Shown here one piece after another: positions 1-10,970 of a stretch of DNA of 64,000 nucleotides. Under the pieces are notes generated by a model. That model was given only the letters and a program-made list of their open reading frames with translations. It was not told the DNA's origin and searched no databases. The position numbers were made by a program, and so were the translations under genes. The stretch spans positions 57,722,001 to 57,786,000 of the forward strand of contig OZ024740.1 of NCBI GenBank assembly GCA_964016885.1, written 5' to 3'. Positions within the stretch are counted from its first letter, which is position 1, and each line of letters starts with the position of its first letter. The stretch comes from Eledone cirrhosa (lineage: Eukaryota).

Positions 1-89
1 AGTTTATTCAGTTGTGACACGTGTTTCGATCTCTATCGATCAGGCCCGACTCTGGAATCAAAAGCTCACCAGGCTTCTGTTAGCTTAAT

Positions 90-248
90 GAGCTCCTGCA
101 CAGTTTCTGTTTATCAAATCCCCCTCATAATGTATTGGTCGACCCAAGCCTGTAGTCAAAGACACTTGCCCACGGTGCCACACAGTATTATTGAACCTGG
201 ATCCACCAGCTGCAAATCCAAGCTCTAAAACACACAGCCATACCTGCA
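90..248 (-). mobile_element. tRNA-derived CORE-type SINE (family S2), decayed
   Basis: Reverse complement reads ggtgcaggtatggctgtgt...gggcaagtgtcttt...gggtcgaccaata. The same family occurs at 8814-9105 (+), 46287 (+), 52915 (-), 56545 (-) and 61825 (-). Confidence 0.7.
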
Positions 249-351
249 CCCCCCCCCCCTCTCAAAAGCGTGAACCTAATAAACCTTTATTTGTCTTCCT
301 CTCTGTTTTGTTCCCGTCTAAATTTGCACTATATATATCATCATCATCATC

Positions 352-903
352 ATATATATATATGAATGTATATATAGTGTATTTTGCAATACACTGTATG
401 CTTAATTAAAAGCATTTCGAAGACCTTACGCTATTGTTTTAGAGTAGTGACAGTCTCACTTACTTTAAATTTTCAGCAAACAGGGGAGATAAAGCTGATG
501 GAGCTCTGTTTCGTGAAAATCATGAATGTTTCATTCTTATAGAATTCTAGTAATAATCAGGAACTGATTATACAGAGCGGTTGCGGTCAAGCAGAAATTG
601 AAAATTAGAATTGGTGCTCTGAAATAGCGATATATATATGAATTCTATAAGAATCAAACATTCATGATTTTCAGCAAACAGGTGGAGTAGTTAGCTTTGA
701 TAAGTACCAAAAAGTACGAAACAGAGCTCCATCAGCTTTATCTCCCCTGTTTGCTGAAAATTTAAAGTAAGTGAGACTGTCACTACTCTAAAATAATAGC
801 GTAAGGTCTTCGAAATGCTTTTAATTAAGCATACAGTGTATTGCAAAATACACTATATATACATTCATATATATATCGCTATTTCAGAGCACCAATTCTA
901 ATT
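352..903. repeat. Complex inverted repeat with arms of about 160 bp plus nested inverted segments
   Basis: 352-514 is the near-perfect reverse complement of 716-877; 515-547 of 640-672; 603-640 of 866-903. Confidence 0.9.
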
Positions 904-920
904 ATATATATATATATATT

Positions 921-1362
921 GGGGAGACCCAAGAAGACTTGGGATGAGGTGATAAAAGCCGATCTTACCCAATTACACCTCTCAAAGGCGATGACACACG
1001 ACCGTGACCTCTGGCGTCACGCAGTAATACAGAGTACCCGACCTCCCATGGGTACAAGCTGAAGCATATAGACAATATGCCCCCACACCCTCCCACTGCA
1101 AGGTGGTCGTGGAGGTGCCACGGCAAAAAAGCACCCAGCCCACACTGTAAAGAGGACGTGTAGGCGCCACGGAAAAAGCACCCAGCACTCACTGTAAATG
1201 AGGTTGGTGTTAGGAAGGGCATCCAGCTGTAGAAATCAAGCCAAAATCAGTTCCTGTATGAGCAAGGCATGGTCAGCCGACCAGATACTGCCCACAACAG
1301 GACAACCCGTCTAACCGATGCTAGCGTGGAAGAACGGACGTAAAACGGTGATGATGATGATG
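921..1362 (+). mobile_element. RTE-clade LINE 3' fragment (family C) with 3'UTR and (GAT)n tail, flanked by (TA)n
   Basis: Encodes the RTE C-terminus GRPKKTWDEVIKADL...DRDLWR (stop at 1062). It is followed by a UTR with the ggaagggcatccagctgtagaaa motif and a ggacgtaaaacggtgatgatg tail. Confidence 0.9.
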
Positions 1363-3194
1363 AGGATAATATATATATATATATATATACAACATAATCG
1401 CTATAGTAAAGTTTGAACTCATGAAAATGTGGTTAAGATACCGGACTAACTCAGGGAAATGTTTTTAATTAGAACTGACAATAATCCTTAGTAATTATAT
1501 TCTTCAATATTTCAAGTATTCATACTTAAGAAGCAGTATTGCAATGCTTCATTACTAAAGCTCCTTAAGATGGTTTATAATTTTATATTGAGGGTTGCAT
1601 TCTCCTCCGGTAAAGTTAGTTTTCTTATTAACACGGTCAAACTACTCGAAGCATCCACCCTGAAAATAATCTCTTAAACCTTCACTTTAAATCACTGCCA
1701 GCACAATTGAATTGTCAGCTAATGGAATGAGTCAATATAATGAGATAAAACCATACCCATAAGTGAGTAGGTCTTTTAGAGTAGCCAACAGAACGGCCAG
1801 TAGACTATTGATTACAGAGAAAAGCACTCAAATTCAAACTGTCAACAATCATTAAAAAGAAAATTCCTTTTCCTTTCTCATATAGTTTGATACGTTAATA
1901 GTTTTGATATATATATATATATATATATATCTCAACTATGCATCAGTAAATGACATGGAATCTGTCTATTTATAGTCTACATCTTGAGCACTTGAATTAA
2001 ACATGTCTAGAAAATTGGAGCCTAGAGAAACATCAATAGCAAATTCACTTTGATATTGGCATTTTCAAATAACTTATTAGTGCATCTGAAATGGTATACA
2101 TGTCAGCAGAGAAACCAACATAAATCCGAGTCTTTTGTCACAAATAGCTAAAGTTGATAGAATAGAAATTAAATAATGTATTTAGCTGAAGAAAATAAAA
2201 AAATATACGTATTTGGTAAAATCATGAAGTGACAGTACTTTTTTCTTTTCTTTTTGTACAAATGTTATTTTTATGTTTCTTTTCTTTTATCACAATCTCT
2301 AATTTAATTTGTTACAGATTTTACAATAATTTTACAATTTCTGAACAATGCATAAGATCTTGAGTAGAAATTTCAAATGAAATTTAGATTGTTAATAATC
2401 AACCCATAAATTAGATAATATGATTTTCATTTGTCTACCTATCTCCTTGCATTTATTTACATTTAGTTTACATTACATTAAACAATGTATGAACAATCAT
2501 AAAACTTCTATAATTAAACAAAAAGTAAAGTGGTTTAAAACTGATTAAATATTAAACAAAGTGGTTCTGTCTCTAGCAATACTTTATCTCATTTTCTTAT
2601 CAACTATTTATATAGTCATTTGCATTAGGACACACATGTTTAAATATGGTTAAGATTTTCATCACCATATTTCGAATGAAAAACAATACCTATAATTTTC
2701 AAATCATTTTGAAAATAATCGAGAATTTGGAGGGATTTTGTAATATAACATTATAAAGCAAGTGTTTGGAATATAACTTAATTACTGGTTCTTACATAAG
2801 ATTATAGTGGAACGTTTTAGACGAATAATAATATTTTAAAGCAAACAGTTTTCTATTATAGAACTAGAGATGGCTTCAGGCAGTTTAGTTTTAAAATGTT
2901 TCAATGTATAAATAATTCTACAGTTTCTAAAACTAAAAACAGAAGCAAAAAGTGGTTTAAAACTGATTAAATATGGTTTTACATGGCTTTTAACAATATT
3001 TTATTTATTTCAATTGTTAGGATATTATAGTTAATTGATAAGGAGAGAAGGGTAGAATGCAAACATAAGGTTGAGTTTGATTCCTGGGCAGGGTGGTGTT
3101 GTGTACTGGAGCAACACACTTTAATCAACATTGCCTCAGTCCACACAGCAGGCAAAAATGAGTTGTATATCGGTGGTTTGGTGAAGGGAGACTA

Positions 3195-3386
3195 CAGACC
3201 TGTCAACTCTCCCCGTCCGAAGGGGAGATCTCACACCAAGTTTGGGATGGGTGAGAGATGTCTTCTCTTGTGAAAATGGGTATAGCTTTCATTATGTAAA
3301 ATCTCCCCATTTTGCCCTTTTCTCCCCATTGGGGGCACATTTTTCATGGTACTCGCCATTTGGGTTTTTAGAGGTTGGCAGGTCTG
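3195..3386. mobile_element. MITE with CAGACCTG(C/T)CAAC terminal inverted repeats, inserted in a decayed CORE-type SINE (about 3040-3510)
   Basis: Left end cagacctgtcaac, right end gttggcaggtctg, TA on both sides. Superfamily uncertain (hAT-Blackjack-like TIR versus TA TSD). Confidence 0.7.
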
Positions 3387-3850
3387 TAACTAGCATGCAT
3401 GGGTGACTTCTAATCATCTATAAAACCCCTTGCTCTGGCTTGTGCCCTGAAGAACAACATTTCAGATGCAACCTCATGGTTAATCATGACCAAGAAGCTC
3501 TCCCACCACTATATGGTGGGGGGCACTACAATCTTTTAAGTGCTTAGAGGAGCTTCAAAAGAATTTAATCTGGCCTTGCTGAGACTGCTTCATAAATCCA
3601 GCATTCTGTACATGCCATCATAAAATTTAATTAAGAGCCATATTGAGGGAATATCAATGTGGTAGCTTGAATTGCTAGAAATAGCAGTTTAATCTCCTAC
3701 TGTCTTTAGAAAAGAAATGACACATTGAACATCTAAAAAGATGAAATGGTCACACCTGGAATGTCTATGATCATAGGTTTGGCTGAATGAAAGTTGACCT
3801 GAAGTTAGCCAAATGACAAGCTATACAATATTCAAAAGTGTAGGATTTAA

Positions 3851-4061
3851 CCCTTTAGCATTTAAACCGTCCATAACCAGTCAGAATTCTTTAACCTCTT
3901 TCTGTTCCAACTGGCCACTCATACTGGTGTTAAGGTATTGTTCTCAAAATAAATAACAACAAAATCTCATAGATTCAATATTATGTGAAATAACTATGTG
4001 AGATAAAGCTTTTACTGTGAAAATGCAATAGTAAATATAGAGTAATATGAATGCTAAAGGG
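3851..4061. mobile_element. TTAA-flanked piggyBac-type MITE (family M1)
   Basis: TTAA|CCCTTTAGCATT ... AATGCTAAAGGG|TTAA, with several related copies in the window. Confidence 0.85.
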
Positions 4062-4247
4062 TTAATGGAGTTTGCAATTCTTAGATTGCATTCAATTAAC
4101 TTGTCTGTTGCTTAGTTTAGTGATATTTCAAAGGTCCAGCCTTGTCACATATTATGTCATGCTGATTTGGCTTTGGAATTACGCTAAGAGTAAACATGTC
4201 TGTGAAATACTCAACCACATACACATTAATTAGAATAGGCTACATAG

Positions 4248-4708
4248 CCGGTCTCGGCAAAATAGACATATCTTTTAAGTTTATTTTACCGGTAAATCCT
4301 AAAGGGTCCCAGAAGCTTATTTTGTCACTAAATAATAGTTTTAGAACCAAGTTGGTGACTACTATCTTTAACCCAGGTCGTGATTTTCTTCTAAAATTCT
4401 TAATTTCAAAAATATTTGACTTTCTTCTAAAAATTTTTAATTTCGAAAATATTTGACTGCTAAAATTCTTAAGCCATGTAACTCAGTAGATATATATGTA
4501 ACTAAAGCGTAACGTATGTTACGAATGGACGAAACACAACCAGAATTATAATAATATGATGACTAAATGATTTTAATTTGTCTTTTAACAACTGATGTTG
4601 GAAAAGATTTCAAATTGTCTTAACAATTGTCTTAACTTCGGCTGCAACTCATGGTGTCTGACACTCTTACCGGCTAAATAGCCTGAGAGTCTATTTTACC
4701 GAGACTGG
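4248..4708. mobile_element. Non-autonomous DNA transposon with 8-bp TSD (hAT-like)
   Basis: TIRs ccggtctcggcaaaatagac / gtctattttaccgagactgg. Perfect TSD ctacatag at 4240-4247 and 4709-4716. Internal direct repeat of about 37 bp near 4385-4457. Confidence 0.85.
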
Positions 4709-5284
4709 CTACATAGTCTCTTCCACATTAATTCACAAGTCGGACATTCAGTAGATCAGCCAACTGATTACTCATCGTGGTTGAAACCAACAAAGAATCC
4801 ATAACTGAACCCAATAAAATCAAAGAAAGTGAAAATAATCACTGCAATTACATGGAATTTAAAAAGAATAGTTAGCAATGAAATACACAGTTTAGACCTA
4901 GAGGTATCAGATATTGCAACTACTTTCATGTCTAGGCATTGTTTTGCAACTGTCTAGATCAGATAAGTGTTATATCCAAAGATGATGCTGTGATAGTGCT
5001 GCTTCCATGCATCAATAATATATCTTAATATGTGGAAGTTGTTGGACAATTTAGTTTACTAGAGCTGAATTCATTGAAACAGCCTATAGCATTAAATTGA
5101 ATCCTTCTCGTTGTTACTAGATAATCTGAGTATTTTTAGCATCCCTGTGTAAATGATAAATAGGGATGGTATTTGTGTGCCTGTGTTATAATGTAAAGAA
5201 CATTGTTTTGTATAATTTGTAGAATGCTTTGTGATCATAAAGTCCCAGGTTTGATTCCACTGATTAGAATTTTGGCAAGTGTCA

Positions 5285-5790
5285 TTTGTCCAGCTGTCTT
5301 CCTTTTTGCACTGGTTGCTGTCAAGACCTCAGGCATCCTCAGACCCTGTACTGCCAAGCTCTTCTGTAAAATCGGACCATCAGTAGCTCGTCTGAAGGAA
5401 TCCTGCGAGATGAGGTGGCAGTTGCAACGAGTGTCGCTGGCCAATGTCTGTGGAAATGGCTTTGCAGTTTTGTCTGCAGGGCACAGCCTAAACACCACCC
5501 CACCCCACCCCACCCCAGGCATAGAACTTATCACCCTCTCCTCTCCCCTATCTTCTGTGGCCTCATAGTCCTTGCTTTTTCCCTACTGTTCCTCTCATCT
5601 ATAGCATTTATAGCCCTTTCTCCTACTTTCCTATACAGTCAGATCTGCCCTTCTTTACCCCTTCCCTCTCTGTTCATTGCTTGGTTTTATTTTTATACTT
5701 TTTTCTTTTTCTTTCATATTTCCATCAATATTTGTAATGTTATTTACACAACTGTGAATAAACTTATTTTTAATCGAAAAAGAAAAAAAA
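5285..5790 (+). mobile_element. 3' fragment of a CRE-like (restriction-like endonuclease) non-LTR retrotransposon
   Basis: ORF 5203-5568 segment FALVAVKTSGILRPCTAKLFCKIG...WQLQRVSLANVCGNGFAVL resembles the CRE C-terminal pattern P.AVET.G..GP...QR.S.A..RGNA..L. It is followed by a pyrimidine-rich UTR, AATAAA and an A-rich tail. Confidence 0.7.
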
Positions 5791-6003
5791 GTTAGCAGAA
5801 ACAGTTTGTAACCCAGTCAAATGAACTATCCATATATTTCAAACAGCCAACCTTGTCATGTTGAATTTCCCTGAGGATTACATTAAGAGTACATATGTTT
5901 TGGGAATGCTCAGTCACTTGCATATTCATTTCACAAGCAGGCTGTTAAGTGAATTGAATAACTGGAACACTCATCATTAAAACTGATATGTAGTCGGGGA
6001 CTA

Positions 6004-6180
6004 CGAGGGTCGGCTGAAAAGTTCATAGGCTGACTATGAAAGATTGATGCTAGAGCTGTGAAATATTGCATGCATTAATTTCAACTCTTCTTATTAATAA
6101 CTGCATTGTTTCTTTCCAGGGACTATGTTGAAAAATAAACCTCATTTAGTCATTCCATGAGAGTATCTTGGTCAGCCTAT
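6004..6180 (+). mobile_element. Mariner-derived non-autonomous element, right TIR truncated
   Basis: TA|CGAGGGTCGGCTGAAAAGTTCATAGGCTGAC left TIR. Internal ggggactatgttgaaaaataa encodes GDYVEK*, a mariner transposase C-terminus. Partial right TIR gtcagcctat. Confidence 0.75.
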
Positions 6181-6664
6181 CAACATGGTATATTACTGGA
6201 AAGATTTGATATATTGCTTATAGATCAATATCAACATTAGACAACACAGTTTTTGCTGACTTAATCTGACATTTGTTTTCTACTAATTTGGGGTTGCTGA
6301 ATGCCCAAAATCACATCAGACTTTCTCTATCATTAATGCTTTTGTTCTGCAACATACACCCATATTCTTTTTTACTTTGATAATCATAACAAAAAAAATG
6401 ACTTGATTACAACATTGACTAACAAATTTTGAAGAAGTTAGACATAGTCATCAGTATATTGAGAGCACTGATTCTCAATCAGTCATGTTCTATTAACTTT
6501 AGTTTTTGGAGATACAGCATACACATGCATTAAAAATAGCAAAAGTAATCTGATGTGGGACAGATGTCTTAAGGGACTATGTTAATAAAAGTCCAGTCGT
6601 TTTTTTTTTTATTTTCTTAATGTTTATATTCTTCACTGATATATATCAGTAAAAAAACATACAT

Positions 6665-6995
6665 GGCAGTGGTACTGGTGCCACAACAAATAACATTCAG
6701 TCTGTCCTGTAAAGTAGTAGTGCTGGTGCCACAACAAAAAGCATCCTGTCTGCCTGTAAGGCAGTAGAGATGGTGCCACAATGAAAATCACCTAGTTTGC
6801 CCTGTAAGACGGTAATCCTCATACCACAACAGACAGCACCCAGTCCACCCTGTAAGACAATAGTGCTGGTACCATGAAAGAAAGCATCCAGACTGCCCTA
6901 TAAGGCACTAATGCTTGAATCAATAAAATGCTCCTAGTATACCCTGTAAATTACTTAGCATTAAAAATAGCATCCAGCTGTAGAAAGCAAGCCAA
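6665..6995 (+). repeat. Degenerate tandem array (about 5-6 units of 50-60 bp) of the RTE-UTR motif
   Basis: Repeats of gtgctggtgccacaacaaaaagca...ccctgtaag ending in gcatccagctgtagaaa. Confidence 0.75.
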
Positions 6996-7029
6996 AAGTT
7001 GAAATTAAGAGTAGGATGTAGTTACCTCA

Positions 7030-7335
7030 CTACTATAGCCTCAGTATGTGATAACCCGTCTATAGCCTCAGTATGTGATAACCCATCTATAGCCTCAGTA
7101 TGTGATAACCCATCTAATTTATTTAGCCACCTGTCTACTACAGCCTCAGTGTGTGATAACTCATCTACAGCCTCAGTACGTGATAACCTATCTAACCCAT
7201 GTAGTCACCTGACTACTATAGCCTCAGTATGTGATAACCCATGTAGTCACCTGACTACTATAACCTCAGTATGTGATAACCTATGTAGTCACCTGACTAC
7301 TACAGCCTCAGTATGTGATAACCAATCTAATCCAT
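7030..7335 (+). repeat. Minisatellite with core ctatagcctcagtatgtgataacc (about 8 copies, variable spacers)
   Basis: Visible directly; it produces the SIASVCDNP repeats in ORF 6999-7409. Confidence 0.9.
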
Positions 7336-7519
7336 GTAAGCATGGTAATATGTATGTGTATACATATGGTCCTGTAACTCCTGATAGAATCATAGAGGCA
7401 CTGTATTGACACACAGTGTTTCTTGGGCATTTTAAGCCTGGTGGAGCCCATCTCTCTCCAGGCCTGAGTACAGCAGATTTCTTCCTGAGAAAGATAAAAA
7501 CTGAGGGAGAGGAAATGAG

Positions 7520-7642
7520 AAAGAGAGAGACGTGCAATAAAGTGTCTTGTTCAAGAACACAATGCAAAGACCGGTCCGAGAATCAAACTCCCAACCTCAC
7601 AATTGTAAGAATGATGCTTTAGCCACTAAACCATGCGCCTTC
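7520..7642 (-). mobile_element. tRNA/CORE SINE head (S1-related), decayed
   Basis: Similar to the reverse complement of the head at 51086-51200. Confidence 0.65.
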
Positions 7643-8487
7643 ACAAATAGATGTTAAATAATGACAATGATGATATATGACAAGCTTCTGCACAACTTCC
7701 ATCTATGAAATTCCACCCACAAGGTAATGGTCAACCCAAAGTTATAGTAGAAGCTATAAATGCCTCAAATGCTGCTTAGTGTTAGTGAAATTAAACCTTG
7801 TAATCCCAAAGCAAATTTCTTAACTACACTGCAATGATTGGTTTATTAATTTTCCTGATACCAATCAGAGCTGATAAGATATATATAATCTTGCTGTCAG
7901 CTATTTCAAGTGCAATATTTTAATGATATTATTGCACTGTAAGAGATGTGTATAATTTACATCTGGGACATAGGTTAACATTGCTCAATGCAATAATGAT
8001 GTTGTGTGACTATTCTTGACTAGCCAGAATTCTAGTTCGTGTATACAAGATTAACTACTTATGTGGCATTAGCACTACCACCGTAAAACACCTGGTCTCC
8101 CTTGTAAGGTGGGAGTGCTGATGCCATGCAAAATTCTTTCAATACATGCTAAAAGTGGTTGGTATTAAGAAGGACATCCAGTTGTAGAAAACCAAGCCAA
8201 AATCTGATTGTCTGATGTTACAGCCTGTAACATCAGACTGTAACCAGACAAATATGGAAAATATGTTAAACAGTGATGATGATGATGTAGTATACTTAAT
8301 CTGTAGCCCAGCTTAACACAATTATATGAGCCCTGGATTCTTTTGGCAGTGTCTATTCTGTTGCTGGCATTCAGACCAAATCTTCAGTTTGAGGCTATCT
8401 GAATTTTTCCCACCAGTCTTGGAAGCCCTTAAAATTGTTAGGGGTGTAGTTGATACCCCATGAATAAAAAGTGAAAAAGAATATATA

Positions 8488-8742
8488 CAGAGTAACTAAA
8501 AAAAATCTGGCCCCGTTTTTATTTTTGTCTACATTATTCATTTTTTGACAGAAACTGATGAAACTCTGAATATATTCTGTTCAAACCATTAAAAACAACA
8601 TATCAAAGTTACAGTACATGTTCCAAGTGATCCCTATTTGAATCCATGCAACTTTGAGGTACATAGTGATCAGTTATAAAATAAATATACAATGACACAA
8701 AACGTGCGCGGTGCCATTTTTTCCTTATTTTTAGTCACTCTG
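8488..8742. mobile_element. Tc1/mariner-type MITE
   Basis: TA|CAGAGTAACTAAAAA ... TTTTTAGTCACTCTG TIRs; the right TA has decayed to TT. Confidence 0.7.
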
Positions 8743-8813
8743 TTTGGTGTAGTGTCATCATCATAGAATAGTATAAGTATGTTGCGAAGAAGTGTTGCAG
8801 TATCATGCAAATA

Positions 8814-9105
8814 GGCGCAAGTATGACAATGTGGTTAAAGGGTTTACTTTGCATCCATATGGTTTGGGGCTCAGTCCCACAGTGTGTCATCTAAGGCAAG
8901 TGTCTTCTACTACAGCTTCAAGTTGACCAATACCTTGTGGTAGACAGGATATGTGTGAAAGCCTTGTGTGTGTGTGTGTTTAGATGTATTGTTTGTTATG
9001 TATCATAGCATAACAGTTTGACAAAAAAGTGATTGATATAGTTAGCTAAATCCCTTCAAGATATTGCCCCAACATGGTCAGTCAAATAACTGAAACTAGT
9101 AAAAA
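8814..9105 (+). mobile_element. CORE-type SINE (family S2)
   Basis: ggcgcaagtatg...tgtggttaa head, ggcaagtgtcttctacta CORE-like box, internal (TG)n. Confidence 0.7.
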
Positions 9106-9194
9106 ATATCATATAAAGGTCTAAAGAGTAGAACTGATACGAGAGGTCTTGAAATACATCATTAAATACAGAACATTGTGATAACATTATTATT

Positions 9195-9370
9195 AGTATC
9201 GGTAGAGGGTCGGATGCCATGCTTTGACGCATAGAGTTACGGCCCTTGCCATTCTGAGTTCAAATCCTGCCGAGGTTAACTTTGCCTTTCATCCTTACGG
9301 GGTCGATAAAATAAAGTACCTGTAATGCACTGGGTAATTGCTGGTCTTGTGCCAAAAGTAGAAATAATTA
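9195..9370 (+). mobile_element. tRNA-derived SINE (family S3, Meta-domain-like), short subfamily
   Basis: B-box gagttcaaatcc, central gcctttcatccttacggggtcgataaaataaagtacc, (ATT)n tail. Lacks the gtcgat..atcgac segment. Confidence 0.8.
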
Positions 9371-10040
9371 TTTTTAAAGACTAGATGTTTTGGTTTTTGG
9401 TTGATTGAAACAAATTAAGTATATTTTTCTAACAGTTGATAACAGAGAATATCATTAAATGTATATTGTGTTATCAAATGTCAAGAAAGTATTGTTCACA
9501 GCATGGACAGATCATGAAGTCATTTGTCACTTTCCCATTTGTTAATGCCATCACCCTCTCTGTCTTAACAAATATTCTTCTGTGAAGAGTAAGACAAGAG
9601 ATTCAATTATGTTTAGATGATAAGGTTATTGTATTTAGAAGAATAAAACAAGAGTCATTTTTAAAGTTAATGCTTGAGAAGTAAGACTTGCACAGACTTG
9701 TAATTTGTGAAGTTTAAAACATAATATTTTCCTCTGAATGGAAAGCCTTCAACACTAAATATAGTCTTGAGGAGTATGAAACAATATCCTTAAAATAGAA
9801 CAAGAGTTTTAATAACATATTCACCTTGCAATAAATCTCTATACTATTTATATGTTTGCCTAGCTACTCTAAATAGGAATAATCTGTACAGTGAGCTTGC
9901 TACATCTAGTTCATAGTCCTTTCAATGTTAGCCAGAGGTTTTAGGTCATTCATAACTTTTCTATTCTAAGGTCTCTTTATCCTACTACATTACATCTAAG
10001 AATCTAAGAAACAAATCATGAAATCATACAACATGCAGAC

Positions 10041-10059
10041 TACACATGCACACACACAT

Positions 10060-10105
<46 letters not shown>
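10041..10105. repeat. (CA)n microsatellite
   Basis: Seen directly. Confidence 0.95.
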
Positions 10106-10108
<3 letters not shown>

Positions 10109-10809
10109 TTATTTATTATCTAGTTTCCATTTAGGAAAAAATCTAACAAAATAAAAACATTATCCCAAAACATTGCTTACTTTTACTAGTAAGCTAGCTA
10201 CAAAACATCACAAAAAATGTCAAGTCAGTTGTCATAGCAATAGCTTGAAATGTACTGTAAGTGATTCATGAAAGGATAAATTTCTCTTTGTATGTGTATA
10301 TATTTCCAAAGAAATTTATGTTGTCTGATAATAGCTTTACCTTGCCACTCAAACAACAACCTATTAATGCTAAATCTACAAGATGTCCATAGCATATCTT
10401 TTATAATGAATTTCTTGTAACTACTAATGAGATACATTAATCTAACTAAATCACTAATCTTTATATCACAGAGCCAATATTCTACGTTACATGAAAATGT
10501 TTCACAATTTTGATAGCCAACCATGTACTTTATAGATAACATAGTTCTTATATTCTTGTGAGCTAAACAATTCTGAAAAATATGAATATTTGTGTTTTGC
10601 ACATATGCACTTTTGGTTTTATTTTGTCAAATTTCTAATAAATAAAGAGCTACCAAACCGGAAATAAGGATCTTTACAGGAATTTAGACATTAACTGGGT
10701 TGTCATATATTTATGCTTGTATGTGTGTGTATATATATGTGTATGTGTGTGTATGCATGTAGCCATGTATATATTTATGGATATATTTGATGCTGGCAAT
10801 TCAAAGTCA

Positions 10810-10970
10810 ATGAAAATTATGAAAGAGGAAGACCCAAGACAGTTTGGGATGAAGTGATAAAAGCTGACCTTGCACATTTAATCCTCTCAAAGGAGATGAC
10901 ACAGGATCGAGATCTCTGGCATTATGTTGTACTGCAAAAGACCTGCCTTCTCATGTGCACAGGATGAAAT
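10810..10970 (+). mobile_element. RTE 3' coding remnant
   Basis: Translates RGRPKTVWDEVIKADLAHLILSKEMTQDRDLWHY, homologous to the other RTE C-termini here. Confidence 0.8.

Noticed and set aside
6999-7409. 136-aa ORF with SIASVCDNP repeats; CRISPR-like look
   Set aside because: Translation of a minisatellite. Spacers are mutually related, the context is eukaryotic, and there are no cas genes.
10225-10602. 125-aa minus-strand ORF
   Set aside because: AT-rich composition, no recognisable domain, and no convincing splice-site pair.
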